This document shows positions 27,214-37,029 of a stretch of 64,000 nucleotides of DNA, one piece after another; position 1 is the stretch's first letter, and each line of letters begins with the position of its first letter. Below the pieces are notes generated by a model that worked only from the letters and a program-made list of their open reading frames with translations, was not told where the DNA came from and ran no database searches. This DNA comes from Phycisphaerales bacterium. GTDB lineage: Bacteria; Planctomycetota; Phycisphaerae; UBA1845; PWPN01. The stretch lies in NCBI GenBank assembly GCA_012729595.1, contig JAAYCU010000322.1:5859-69858 (forward strand). The letters are read 5' to 3'. The position numbers were made by a program, and so were the translations under genes.

Positions 27214-30105
27214 ATGAGACACGCACGAGTTTGTTTATTGCTACCCAGCGTATTGCTGCTGGCGGGTTGCACTAACCCGCGGCTGGAAATATCGTCCTCC
27301 ACGAATAAGGCGGCCGGCCTCAAGCCGTCTGCGCTGCGTTGTGAATACTTGGTTAATCCGCTGGGCATAGACAATCCCAGTCCGCGCTTGAGCTGGCTGG
27401 TCAATTCTTCCCAGCGAGGCCAGTTCCAATCGGCTTATCAAATCCTGGTTGCCACAAGTCTGGAGAAGCTCGAACAAGATGTTGGCGATCTCTGGAATAC
27501 GGACAAAGTACCCGGCGACCGTACCACCCAAATCGAGTATCAGGGACTTCCGCTGACCTCGCGAACCGAATGTTACTGGAAGGTGCGCGTCTGGGACCGG
27601 CAGGATACGCCTTCCAGATGGAGCGATGCCTCGCGCTGGACGATGGGGCTGCTCAAGGAAGAGGACTGGAATGCCCGCTGGGTCAGCTACCAGGATGACG
27701 ATTCCATGGACGCCACGCAACACAACATGGTGCTGCAACCGGCGCGTTATTATCGTCGGACGTTTGAGACCTCAAATAAGATTCGCCGCGCTACCGTGTA
27801 TGCTACTTCGCTGGGCAATTATGAGCTCAACTTGAACGGTCGCAAGGTGTCTGATTGGCTATTCACGCCGGGCTGGAGCGATTACAAGGAACGGGTGTAC
27901 TACAACACATTTGATGTTACCGATCAGGTGCGACAGGGATCCAATACGCTCGGTGCGATCGTGGCCGACGGTTGGTACAGCGGCTACGTGGGCTATGGCA
28001 AGCTGGTCGGTTATGGTCCGGACAAGTGCGGCCGGTATTTCTATGGCAAAACGCCGGCACTATTGGTCCAGCTCGAGATCGAGTACCAGGACGGTTCGAC
28101 GGAAACAGTAGCTACCGGCTGCGATTGGAAGGTGAGTACCGGCCCGTTGCTGGAAGCGGATATCCTCATGGGCGAAACCTACGATGCCCGCCTGGAGATG
28201 GCCGACTGGGATATGCCCGGGTTCGACGATTCCACCTGGGCCAACGCCGTCCCGGCCGAGACGAATCCGGAGATTCACGCCACTTTCTATGATCGGGCGG
28301 GGCAACGGGAAATAAACCTGTCGTTTGAACGCCCGGCGAGGATGCAGGCGTATTCCGCGGTTCCTGTCCGCAAGACACAGACGTTGAAGCCGATCAGCAT
28401 TACCGAACCGACCCCCGGTACTTACATATTCAATCTGGGACAGAATACTTCTGGGGTGGTGAGACTTCAGACCAAGGGCCCGGCCGGTACCAGCGTGAAA
28501 ATGCGTTTCGGTGAAATGTTGCATCCGGACGGACGGCTCATGACCGAAAATCTGCGCGAGGCCCGAGCCACTAATACTTATATTCTCAAAGGTGATCCCC
28601 GGGGCGAGATCTATCAACCTAAGTTTACCTATCATGGTTTTCAGTATGTCGAACTGACCGGTCTTGCGCAAACTCCCGACCTGGACACCGTCACCGGCAT
28701 CGTGATTCATTCCGACACCCCTTTGACCAGCTCGTTCAGTTGTTCAGACCCGATTATCAACCAGCTTTTTTCCAATATCGTCTGGACCCAACGGGCCAAC
28801 TTTTTCGAGGTGCCGACGGATTGTCCGCAGCGCGATGAGCGTCTGGGCTGGACCGGTGATGCCCAGATTTACATTAAAACCGCGTCCTACAATGCGGATG
28901 TGGCGGCGTTTTTTACCAAATGGTTTGACGATCTGGAAGAGGCCCAGCTTCCCAGCGGAGCGTTTCCGGATTATGCGCCCTATCCCATGGCGCATGGCAA
29001 AACGGAACACGGTTATGCTACCGCCTGGACCGATGCGGGCATTATTTGCCCTCACGCCATCTATCAAATGTACGACGATACCCGGGTTATTAATCGCCAT
29101 TACGAGGCGATGCGGAGATTCATGAAATTTCGTCAGGAGCGAAGCCCGGATTTCCGCGGCATCAATGTTTGCAACGCTTGGGGTGATTGGCTTTCCTTGG
29201 GTTCCCAAACGCCGATTGAATTCATCGACATGGTGTATTTTGCCATATCCACGAGAAAAATGAGCAAGATGGCCCAGGCCGTCGGTCGAGATCAGGATGC
29301 GGCCGAGTACGAACGTGTTTATAACAATATCCAGAAGGCCTTTGCCGAGCAGTATCTGACTGAAGAGGGCACCCTGCTCGTGGATAATCAGACCGGCTGC
29401 GTGCTGGCATTGTCGGCAGGCCTGGTCCCGGAGGAGCTAATTCCGGCAATTCAACAACGTCTGGTTACCCTGCTGGAAGATAATCAATATCGCATGACCA
29501 CCGGATTTTTGGGGACCAAGGAGTTGCTGTTCGTGCTGTCGGACGCCGGGCATAACGATATCGCCGCCCGCCTCCTCCAGAGCCGGCAGTTCCCCTCCTG
29601 GGGCTATAGCGTCGCCAACGGGGCGACCTCGATCTGGGAACGCTGGAACAGTTACACCATAGAAAACGGGTTCGGCGATGCGGGCATGAATTCGTTTAGC
29701 CACTACGCCTTCGGTGCCGTCGGACAGTGGATGTTCGAGAAGCTGGCGGGCATCGACATGCTGAGCCCCGGGTTCAAGACGATCAGGATCAAGCCTCATA
29801 TTCCCTCGCCCGACGGCAATCCTGATCAAGAGCCGATCCGTTGGGTTAACGCTCGTTACGATTCGATTCATGGACCGATCGCGGTGTCCTGGGAACGCCA
29901 GAAAAACGGCTTGGATTTGACCGCTATAATCCCGACCAATACCAACGCCGTAATCTATATTCCCGCGCAGTCCGTGGAGCAAGTATCTGAAAGCGGGATT
30001 CCAATAGATAAACACCCGGATTTAGTGTTGGACGGATTCGAGGAATCGTTTGTCAGAATCAAGGCCGCTTCGGGCAAGTATAAATTCAGCGTACGGGCCA
30101 ACTGA
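27214..30105 (+). CDS. Alpha-L-rhamnosidase (GH78)
   Basis: N-terminal domain opening: LRCEYLVNPLGIDNPSPRLSWLV. Catalytic block: VPTDCPQRDERLGWTGDAQIY, then SFSHYAFGAVGQWMF. Lipoprotein-like signal: LLLPSVLLLAGC. Start at MRHARV (27214), with GGAAGGAG 8 nt upstream. The track ORF opens at 27196. Confidence 0.9.
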   Translation: MRHARVCLLLPSVLLLAGCTNPRLEISSSTNKAAGLKPSALRCEYLVNPLGIDNPSPRLSWLVNSSQRGQFQSAYQILVATSLEKLEQDVGDLWNTDKVPGDRTTQIEYQGLPLTSRTECYWKVRVWDRQDTPSRWSDASRWTMGLLKEEDWNARWVSYQDDDSMDATQHNMVLQPARYYRRTFETSNKIRRATVYATSLGNYELNLNGRKVSDWLFTPGWSDYKERVYYNTFDVTDQVRQGSNTLGAIVADGWYSGYVGYGKLVGYGPDKCGRYFYGKTPALLVQLEIEYQDGSTETVATGCDWKVSTGPLLEADILMGETYDARLEMADWDMPGFDDSTWANAVPAETNPEIHATFYDRAGQREINLSFERPARMQAYSAVPVRKTQTLKPISITEPTPGTYIFNLGQNTSGVVRLQTKGPAGTSVKMRFGEMLHPDGRLMTENLREARATNTYILKGDPRGEIYQPKFTYHGFQYVELTGLAQTPDLDTVTGIVIHSDTPLTSSFSCSDPIINQLFSNIVWTQRANFFEVPTDCPQRDERLGWTGDAQIYIKTASYNADVAAFFTKWFDDLEEAQLPSGAFPDYAPYPMAHGKTEHGYATAWTDAGIICPHAIYQMYDDTRVINRHYEAMRRFMKFRQERSPDFRGINVCNAWGDWLSLGSQTPIEFIDMVYFAISTRKMSKMAQAVGRDQDAAEYERVYNNIQKAFAEQYLTEEGTLLVDNQTGCVLALSAGLVPEELIPAIQQRLVTLLEDNQYRMTTGFLGTKELLFVLSDAGHNDIAARLLQSRQFPSWGYSVANGATSIWERWNSYTIENGFGDAGMNSFSHYAFGAVGQWMFEKLAGIDMLSPGFKTIRIKPHIPSPDGNPDQEPIRWVNARYDSIHGPIAVSWERQKNGLDLTAIIPTNTNAVIYIPAQSVEQVSESGIPIDKHPDLVLDGFEESFVRIKAASGKYKFSVRAN

Positions 30106-30464
30106 TTCCGTGTTTCCCTCTTTACCGGGAGCAGTTGCGAGGCTGAACTGACCAAGCGTTGCCGGGACGCATTGACGGTTAATGCCGCTGGCCGAGTGGG
30201 TTGTCGTTTGGCCCGCGCAGCGATGGCTTGCGCCCACGACTGGGGCATGCGCCATGATTCTTTGTAGATATTTGATATAACCCCCGTGGTCATTCAGAGG
30301 TCAACAGATAATTGATCTTCCGGGTAGCGCCGGATACCATGAGGTTCGCGTCAGAGAGAAAGTCGCCTTACCGGCGGGCCGGCTTGTTTCATGTAACTTG
30401 CGGGAAGGGCGATAGTGTTCATCGGATCATCGGAGAACACCTCCGGCCCTCACAGGAGAATTCC

Positions 30465-31331
30465 ATGCGGTTTTCAAGACGTCAATGGTTGACAAGCGTT
30501 GCCGGTGGTGCCGCCGGCCTGGCTATGTCGCGTACGCTGCGGGCTTCCAGCACAAGTCGCCCCGCTGGATTGAAAATCGGCGCATGCGATTGGAGTATCC
30601 GCATGGATCCGACGGTTTTCGCCTTGGCCCGGGAAATTGGCCTGGATGGCATACAGGTTAACATGGGTACGACCCACAATAACATGTGGCTCCGTCAACC
30701 GGAAGTGCGTCAGCAGTATCTAGACGCTTCCCGGGCGGCGGAGGTGAAAATATGCTCGCTGGCTTTAGGGGAGCTGAACACGGTGCCGCTCATGTCGGAG
30801 CCGCTGGCGGCCCTTTGGACGGCCGACAGTATCGATGTCGCCGTCGCCTTGGGTGTCAAGAATATATTGCTGGCTTTTTTCGATAAAGGTGAGCTTAGGG
30901 AGGAGAACGCCGCGGATATGCGCCGAGTCATCGATGTCCTCAAGGAGCTGGCTCCGCGAGCGGAAAAAGCCGGAGTGGTCCTGGGTATCGAATCATACCT
31001 GTCGGTCCAGGGGCACCTCCAGATTCTCGACGCGGTAGCGTCACCGGCCGTGCAGGTCTATTACGACTTTTACAATTCGCACGTCACTAAGGGTTATGAT
31101 TTTCGCGAGGAACTCAAGGCCTTGGGCGGTGAGCGCATTTGTGAAGTACACTTCAAGGAAGGACCGCACATGCTCGGCCAAAGCGGCAAGCCAGACTGGT
31201 CCGAAGTGGCCGCGTCCTTGCGGGATATCGGCTATGACGGATGGGTCGTGCTCGAAACCGCCGCGCCGAGCGGAGATGTGGTCGCTGATATGCGACAAAA
31301 TATGCGCTATGTACGAGAACTGTTCCACTAA
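30465..31331 (+). CDS. Xylose isomerase-like TIM-barrel protein (sugar phosphate isomerase/epimerase family) with Tat-type signal
   Basis: Start MRFSRRQWLTSVAGGAAGLAMSRTLRA (twin-arginine-like RRQW), with AGGAG 6 nt upstream. The body has the typical AP-endonuclease-2/TIM pattern (GLDGIQV, VVLGIES, EVHFKE, GWVVLE). The track ORF opens at 30312. Confidence 0.7.
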   Translation: MRFSRRQWLTSVAGGAAGLAMSRTLRASSTSRPAGLKIGACDWSIRMDPTVFALAREIGLDGIQVNMGTTHNNMWLRQPEVRQQYLDASRAAEVKICSLALGELNTVPLMSEPLAALWTADSIDVAVALGVKNILLAFFDKGELREENAADMRRVIDVLKELAPRAEKAGVVLGIESYLSVQGHLQILDAVASPAVQVYYDFYNSHVTKGYDFREELKALGGERICEVHFKEGPHMLGQSGKPDWSEVAASLRDIGYDGWVVLETAAPSGDVVADMRQNMRYVRELFH

Positions 31332-31342
31332 GCCGACGGACG

Positions 31343-32752
31343 CTATTTGCTCGCGGCCCGACGCTCTTTCTCCAGTTTTCGCCAATACGCGATCTGCTTG
31401 CGTACCGACTGCGGCCCCGCATTGCCTTCGCTGCGGTAACGGCTCACGACGTTGGCGGCGGTTAGATAATTGAAGACATCCGGCCCGATCTGCTTGCATA
31501 CCGACTGGAAGCTCGCCAAACTCAAATTCACCAGTTCGCAGTCTGCTTTTTCGCACTGGGCGACCAGTTTGCCCACGATCTGATGGGCCTTCCGGAAGGG
31601 CACGTCCTTACTGACCAGATACTCGGCGAGTACGGTGGCGTCCAGAAAGCCCCGTTCGGTCGCCGCTCGCAGGCGATCGAGGTTGAAAGTCGTGTTGCGC
31701 ACTACCGCGGCGGCGATCTCCAATGACTGTTTCAAGGTGTCATGGCCGCTGAACAGATGAACCTTATCCTCCTGCAGGTCACGGTTGTACGCCTGGGGTA
31801 ATCCCTTGGACAGAGTCAGCATGCCGACCAGGGCCCCGTGCAGTCGCCCGATCTTGCCGCGAATGAGCTCGAGTACATCGGGGTTCTTTTTCTGCGGCAT
31901 CATCGAGGATCCGGTACAGAAAGCGTCGCCTATGGAAATGAATCGGAACTCCTGGGTGGCAAAGAGTATCCAATCCTCGGCCAGGCGAGACAAATGTACC
32001 GCGCACAAAGCCGCGGCGGCTAAAAATTCAGTAACGAAATCTCGGTCGCCCGTCGCGTCGATACTGTTACGGGTGATCTCGGTGAACCCCAAACGTCGGG
32101 CCACCGCCCGGCGGTCGATTGGCAGGGTTGAGCCGGCCAGTGCTCCGCTACCCAGTGGACACACGTTAACCCGTCGGCGCAGATCCATGAATCTTTCGCG
32201 GTCGCGCTCGAACTGTTCTACATAAGCCAGCAGGTAGGCCGCGACCGTAATCGGCTGGGCTCTCTGCATGTGCGTATAGGAAGGCATCACGGCCTCGATA
32301 TAACGTTCCGCCGAACGTAGAAACTCCCATTGCAGGTCGGCCAACAAGGGGAGCATGTCCAGGTCAATGGCATCCCGAACGTACAATCTCAAATCCAGGG
32401 CGATCTGATCATTTCGCGAACGGGCGGTATGCAGCCGCCGACCCGGCTCGCCGATACGCTGGATCAGGGCGGCTTCCAAGGCCATATGAATGTCCTCGTG
32501 GGCCGGATTCCACTTGAACCGCCCCGTGCGGATCTGTGTTTCGATATCCTTAAAGCCTTGGCGGATGGCCTTTAAATCCTTCTGACCGATCAACCCGACA
32601 CCGGCCAGCATCTCCGCATGGGCGATACTTCCGGCAATATCGTAGGGCCAAAGGCGCTGATCGAACGATAGGCTTTCCACGAATTGCTCGGTCAGTCGGT
32701 CCGCCGCCTGCGAAAAGCGGGCCTGCCAGCTTTTTTGTCCGGATGAAGGCAT
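31343..32752 (-). CDS. argH: Argininosuccinate lyase
   Basis: Fumarate-lyase signature GSSMMPQKKNPDVLELIRGK, plus HTARSRNDQ and the typical N-terminus RFSQAADRLTEQFVESLSFDQRL. Confidence 0.95.
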   Translation of the reverse strand: MPSSGQKSWQARFSQAADRLTEQFVESLSFDQRLWPYDIAGSIAHAEMLAGVGLIGQKDLKAIRQGFKDIETQIRTGRFKWNPAHEDIHMALEAALIQRIGEPGRRLHTARSRNDQIALDLRLYVRDAIDLDMLPLLADLQWEFLRSAERYIEAVMPSYTHMQRAQPITVAAYLLAYVEQFERDRERFMDLRRRVNVCPLGSGALAGSTLPIDRRAVARRLGFTEITRNSIDATGDRDFVTEFLAAAALCAVHLSRLAEDWILFATQEFRFISIGDAFCTGSSMMPQKKNPDVLELIRGKIGRLHGALVGMLTLSKGLPQAYNRDLQEDKVHLFSGHDTLKQSLEIAAAVVRNTTFNLDRLRAATERGFLDATVLAEYLVSKDVPFRKAHQIVGKLVAQCEKADCELVNLSLASFQSVCKQIGPDVFNYLTAANVVSRYRSEGNAGPQSVRKQIAYWRKLEKERRAASK

Positions 32753-32974
32753 GATTGTCTACTCCCAAAATACCTGCTACTGTGGCCGAATCGTATTACA
32801 GGCCTGCCCGGCGGTCAATCGAGCCGCTCTCTCGCACGCTTCTCCTTGGGCATGAAGAATGCTACAATACTTATGATGGTGCTCAGGCGACACTCCCCAA
32901 CCGGGCATCCGCGCCCGCACCCTTGCACTGGAGACCCTTCGTTGGTTTCGAGATCACCGGAACGGAGCAGATCA

Positions 32975-34159
32975 TTGGCTTTACGCATCGGAGCCGCTTG
33001 GTTGATCTGCCTGACCGCGACGACCGTGGGCTGGGGTCAGCCGGAAGGGCCGTTGCCTGCCGATCCCGAGGCCGAGGCGGCTCTCCTGAAAGACGTCGGG
33101 GCGGGGTTTAGCCTGAAGAAAACCGACAATTTTCTAATCGCCTATAATACCCGGACCAGTCTGGTTAACCAGTTTGCTCAGCGGATCGAGTGGACCTATG
33201 GGGCGGTCTATCGGTTCTGCGAAAATAACGGTATCCCCACCAAGCGTCCCACGCGTCGCCTCGAGGTGATCTTTTTCGACGCCCCGACAGCCTACTATGA
33301 CCATGTTCACCAATTACAGATCCCCGCGGAAGGTACCTTTGGCATTTATCATTATCGAAGCAATCGATCGATGTTTTTCGACGTGAGCCGGCATCCAGAC
33401 ATGCTGGAATTGGAACAGGGGATCGCTGCTGCTCAGGTCAACATTGGCGAACTACAACGGCAGATGCGTGAGGTTCGTGGCCGATACACCCCGGTGGATA
33501 TCACCTTCGCGGACGGGCGGCAAGTTAGGCTGACCAGGGATCAGGTCGATCAGGAACTCCGCATTGCCCGGGGTGAATTGAAAAAACTCGACTCCCGGCG
33601 GATCAGTTTCAATACCCGGATCAACCGCTCGGTGATTCAGCATGAAATCGCCCATCAGGTTACTTTCAATGCCGGCATTTTGCGGATAGACGTGGACAAC
33701 CCGAAATGGATCGTGGAAGGTTTAGCTTTGATGTTCGAAACTCCGCCCGGTGGTCACGGCATGGGTATCAGTGGCACGAATACCATGCGTTTGGAGGATT
33801 TCCGCAATGCGATTTCCGGCGGGGACGCTTCAGTCAAGCAGTCAACCGCTGAGTACCTCCAGGCGGTTGAGGCCGGTCGCATACCCTCCTTGCATGAGTT
33901 AATCAGCGATTCGCGGCTGTTTGAGGCGCGCGGCGAAGACGGAGCGACCGCGTACGCCTGTACCTGGGCCCTGACTCATTACCTGGTACGTAGGGATACT
34001 CCCAACCTGGTTGCCTACCTTAAGGCCCTGGCCGAAAGACCTGCCCATGAAACCATCCCGCCTTCCGAGGAGCTGACTCTTTTCGAGAAGCATTTCGGTC
34101 GAATCGACGACCTCTTTATAGATAACTTCTGCCGGTATATTCTGCGCATCCGTCTTTGA
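32975..34159 (+). CDS. Secreted HExxH-motif protein (DUF1570-like putative metallopeptidase)
   Basis: VIQHEIAHQVTFNAG contains HEIAH. The signal-like N-terminus ALRIGAAWLICLTATTVGWG starts from a proposed TTG at 32975 (GGAG + 7 nt). The track ORF opens at 32846. The family assignment is from memory and tentative. Confidence 0.55.
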   Translation: MALRIGAAWLICLTATTVGWGQPEGPLPADPEAEAALLKDVGAGFSLKKTDNFLIAYNTRTSLVNQFAQRIEWTYGAVYRFCENNGIPTKRPTRRLEVIFFDAPTAYYDHVHQLQIPAEGTFGIYHYRSNRSMFFDVSRHPDMLELEQGIAAAQVNIGELQRQMREVRGRYTPVDITFADGRQVRLTRDQVDQELRIARGELKKLDSRRISFNTRINRSVIQHEIAHQVTFNAGILRIDVDNPKWIVEGLALMFETPPGGHGMGISGTNTMRLEDFRNAISGGDASVKQSTAEYLQAVEAGRIPSLHELISDSRLFEARGEDGATAYACTWALTHYLVRRDTPNLVAYLKALAERPAHETIPPSEELTLFEKHFGRIDDLFIDNFCRYILRIRL

Positions 34160-34244
34160 TGATCGCTCATGCAAGGGCATGATTGGAACACCCCGCCAAA
34201 CGGACTTACCGAGTTTGTCGTTCGGCTGAGTGCGTATTTGGCGG

Positions 34245-34781
34245 TCAATCCGGCTTTTTGAGGGAACATTCATCCAGCCATCTGTCCAAAGCCCGGCCTA
34301 CGCCCCGGGACAGGTTCTCCGGGCCGCTCGACATGGTAGCCTTGGAACGCCCGACCAAATTGGCCTCGGTTAGCACCGCTCCGCTCGCGGCGTCGTACAG
34401 CTTGGTGCGCACGATCATCTCTTCCAGTGGCCCGATGGCGGTATCCACCACCCCGCCCGTTTCGTAATGGATAACCTCGGCGGACAGCTTGAGACCGGGC
34501 TGGCCTCCGGCTTTCAGCCCGCGTTTGTCGATTTCCTCGAGTATCTGTTGCCTGAGCATCATGGTCACGTTTGGGGGGGTTGGCAGACCGGGCGAGATAG
34601 TGATCGACTCGATACTAAGACCCTTGTACCGATCTAGTTCGCGATTGCGGCTGATCGGAACCACTTTGCCGGATGCCCCGGTCACCGTTCCAGCGCCTTC
34701 CGAAATCAGCCGTCCGACACAACCCAGATTTCCCAGACCCAATACCGCCGACGCCAAGCTCAAGATCATGAATCTTCGCAT
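34245..34781 (-). CDS. Small putative lipoprotein (hypothetical)
   Basis: MRRFMILSLASAVLGLGNLGCVG is a signal peptide with a lipobox-like LGC. 178 aa, with no family recognised. Confidence 0.5.
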   Translation of the reverse strand: MRRFMILSLASAVLGLGNLGCVGRLISEGAGTVTGASGKVVPISRNRELDRYKGLSIESITISPGLPTPPNVTMMLRQQILEEIDKRGLKAGGQPGLKLSAEVIHYETGGVVDTAIGPLEEMIVRTKLYDAASGAVLTEANLVGRSKATMSSGPENLSRGVGRALDRWLDECSLKKPD

Positions 34782-35002
34782 TGGTCATACTCCTCAATTA
34801 GTTATGATGTCAGCCTGTTCGGATATTCCGGCTAGATAGCCCGAGCCGAATCAGTGCGATATTATAGTACCTTGCGGTGCCCGTCTAGAATCTATCCCGC
34901 CAAGATAGGGGGGATAGCCACGTATTACCCCTTTATAATTTCGCTTTGATCATTCCCCTGGTCGCGCCTCGTCGTGTATTGGCCGCAAACGATCGGGGCA
35001 TA

Positions 35003-36109
35003 TTAACAACAGATTTGGCGGTAAAAAGCGGCCGTGCGAGCGACCATCATGCTGGCCTTGTGGTGTGCCCGGACATAATCAAGAGCGCCAAAGGCCATCC
35101 GCCGGGCCCGGCCGCGATCGATCAACAACTCCTGCCATTTGGCGGTCATATCCTCCGGTTCGTCGGGATCGAACAGCGTAGCCGTTTGCCCGTCAATCAG
35201 GTAATCGCCGATAGTACCCTGCGGAGCGATAATAGTCAGGCCGTTCGCCATGGCCAACAGCGTGCTGATGGTGAAACGCCGGCGCGAAGCGGGCAGAAGG
35301 TAAAAGTCCGCGGCTCGCATGGCTTCGCCCAGCTTGACCCAATCCTGCAAAGGCCCGACGAAGGTCACGTGCGAACGGATGTCCAGCCGATCCGCCAGCC
35401 GGCGAAACTGCTTTTCCGCCGGACCACCTGATATGATGAAAAGTTGCGTCTCCTGGCCTTCGTGTACGATCCGATGCAACGCCCGCAACACCACGTCCAA
35501 GCCGCAATCCCGGGTCAATGGCGCGGTGATGATGACTGACGGCACCCGCTGTGGCTGAGCCAGGCAGGCCGGTTCGCTCCCGGCGGTGATCCCGAATGGA
35601 ACCTGACAGAGCCGATCCTTCATCTTCGGATACTGCTTCAGAAAAGCCTCGGCCAGTGTCGCCGTCGAGGCGATGGCCGCCACCCTTTCCGATCGCCGGA
35701 CATGCCGGAATCGATGTATATCCACCAGATCGCTGAGATGCACTAATAGTAAGCTGCCCCACTCCGCCGCCCAGGACGCCGCTTGTCGGGCCAGGCTCGC
35801 CGAAAAACAATGCACCACGTCCGGCGGGTCGCCCCCCAGCCGCCCGAGAATCTCCGCCGCCGGACGGATTGGCCAAGGCCAACACCTCCGCGACACGGTA
35901 GTTACGGGGGCCGGCCCAATCGCGTCCCCCAGGACCGGCGCCAGCCGCGCGGTTCGCGAAAGTACCTTGGCCCGTATCGGCTCTTCGATGAAACCTACGC
36001 AAAGGTGCCTGATGGCTGTTCCCATGCGAGCGAAGGCATCCTCATCGATCACCAGCAGTGCATCGAGTGATTCAACAGGTTGCATAAAATCGTCCGCCAT
36101 CGTGCTCAC
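35003..36109 (-). CDS. Glycosyltransferase, GT4-like (GT-B fold)
   Basis: 368 aa. The C-terminal half resembles the GT-B donor-binding region (VTFVGPLQDWVKLGEAMRAADFYLLPASRRRFTISTLLAMANGLTIIAPQGTIGDYLIDGQTATLFDP). The canonical ExxxxxxxE motif is not obvious. Confidence 0.6.
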   Translation of the reverse strand: MSTMADDFMQPVESLDALLVIDEDAFARMGTAIRHLCVGFIEEPIRAKVLSRTARLAPVLGDAIGPAPVTTVSRRCWPWPIRPAAEILGRLGGDPPDVVHCFSASLARQAASWAAEWGSLLLVHLSDLVDIHRFRHVRRSERVAAIASTATLAEAFLKQYPKMKDRLCQVPFGITAGSEPACLAQPQRVPSVIITAPLTRDCGLDVVLRALHRIVHEGQETQLFIISGGPAEKQFRRLADRLDIRSHVTFVGPLQDWVKLGEAMRAADFYLLPASRRRFTISTLLAMANGLTIIAPQGTIGDYLIDGQTATLFDPDEPEDMTAKWQELLIDRGRARRMAFGALDYVRAHHKASMMVARTAAFYRQICC

Positions 36110-36133
36110 CTCGTTCGTCAGCCCGGAATACGG

Positions 36134-36982
36134 CTAATCCTGCTTTGACGCCTGCGGGGTGAATCCCGCATCTGACGACTCCAGAAACTCCGGCCCATCC
36201 TGCTTGGCCGAACGGGATCGGCCGGTAAGCTTTTTCAACGCTGCCCGCCGTAATAAGGTCAAAGGCCGGGTTACCCGCCGATGCAACTCCACGAAAAAAC
36301 CTCGCCGGTAGGAGGCCTCGAGCTGCGCTACCGTTAACTGGTCCGCCCGATGCCGCCGCCAGTGTTTTAGCAGATGATAACGATCTGCTTGCCGTAGTCG
36401 CAGTAGGATAAACTTGCCCAACTCATCCGGAACAACCCGCTGCCCGCCCTGACGGCCGGACGGCGGCCAATGCCAGGAAATCTGAAAATCAATCAGCCAG
36501 GGGCGGCCGTCATCTCCCACCAGGATGTTTTCCCGCTTCTCCAGGTCGGCATAAGCAACGTTTCGAGTATGCAGCTCGCCAAGCAGGCGATCGAGTTCCG
36601 GGAAAAATTCGTCAACTACCGACTCGTTCCGCTGTAACGGATGCCCTTCGACGAATTGGTGCACGAAACCCGTTTCACCCCACCGGCCCAGATACCGCGG
36701 CACCCCGGGCACGTCGGCGACGGACCGGTACACGGCGCATTCCCTGTCCGCCAAGTAACGACCCAGCCAGGACATCGGCAATCCCAATAGGCCGACAAGA
36801 CGCCCCAGTTTAAGGATCACCTTGCCCGACGGCCCTGCGTACAAACCCGTCGCCGCGAAAAAATCATGCTTGTACGTGCGCAAATGTCGATATTCGCCGT
36901 CGCTCAAAATTATCCGCGCCGGCATATCCGCCTTTCCCAACGCCCGCAACCAGGCGTGTCGCATTGGTTGATTGCTATCCAT
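36134..36982 (-). CDS. Protein-kinase-like fold protein (lipopolysaccharide kinase Kdo/WaaP-like or RIO-like)
   Basis: Catalytic-loop-like YADLEKRENILV and DFG-equivalent WLIDFQ. The upstream block GKVILKLGR is a candidate Lys. It lies 25 nt downstream of the GT4 gene on the same strand. Confidence 0.55.
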   Translation of the reverse strand: MDSNQPMRHAWLRALGKADMPARIILSDGEYRHLRTYKHDFFAATGLYAGPSGKVILKLGRLVGLLGLPMSWLGRYLADRECAVYRSVADVPGVPRYLGRWGETGFVHQFVEGHPLQRNESVVDEFFPELDRLLGELHTRNVAYADLEKRENILVGDDGRPWLIDFQISWHWPPSGRQGGQRVVPDELGKFILLRLRQADRYHLLKHWRRHRADQLTVAQLEASYRRGFFVELHRRVTRPLTLLRRAALKKLTGRSRSAKQDGPEFLESSDAGFTPQASKQD

Positions 36983-37029
36983 CGATTCCCAGATTATCCG
37001 AGATCGGCCTGAAAATCACCACGACGCAT

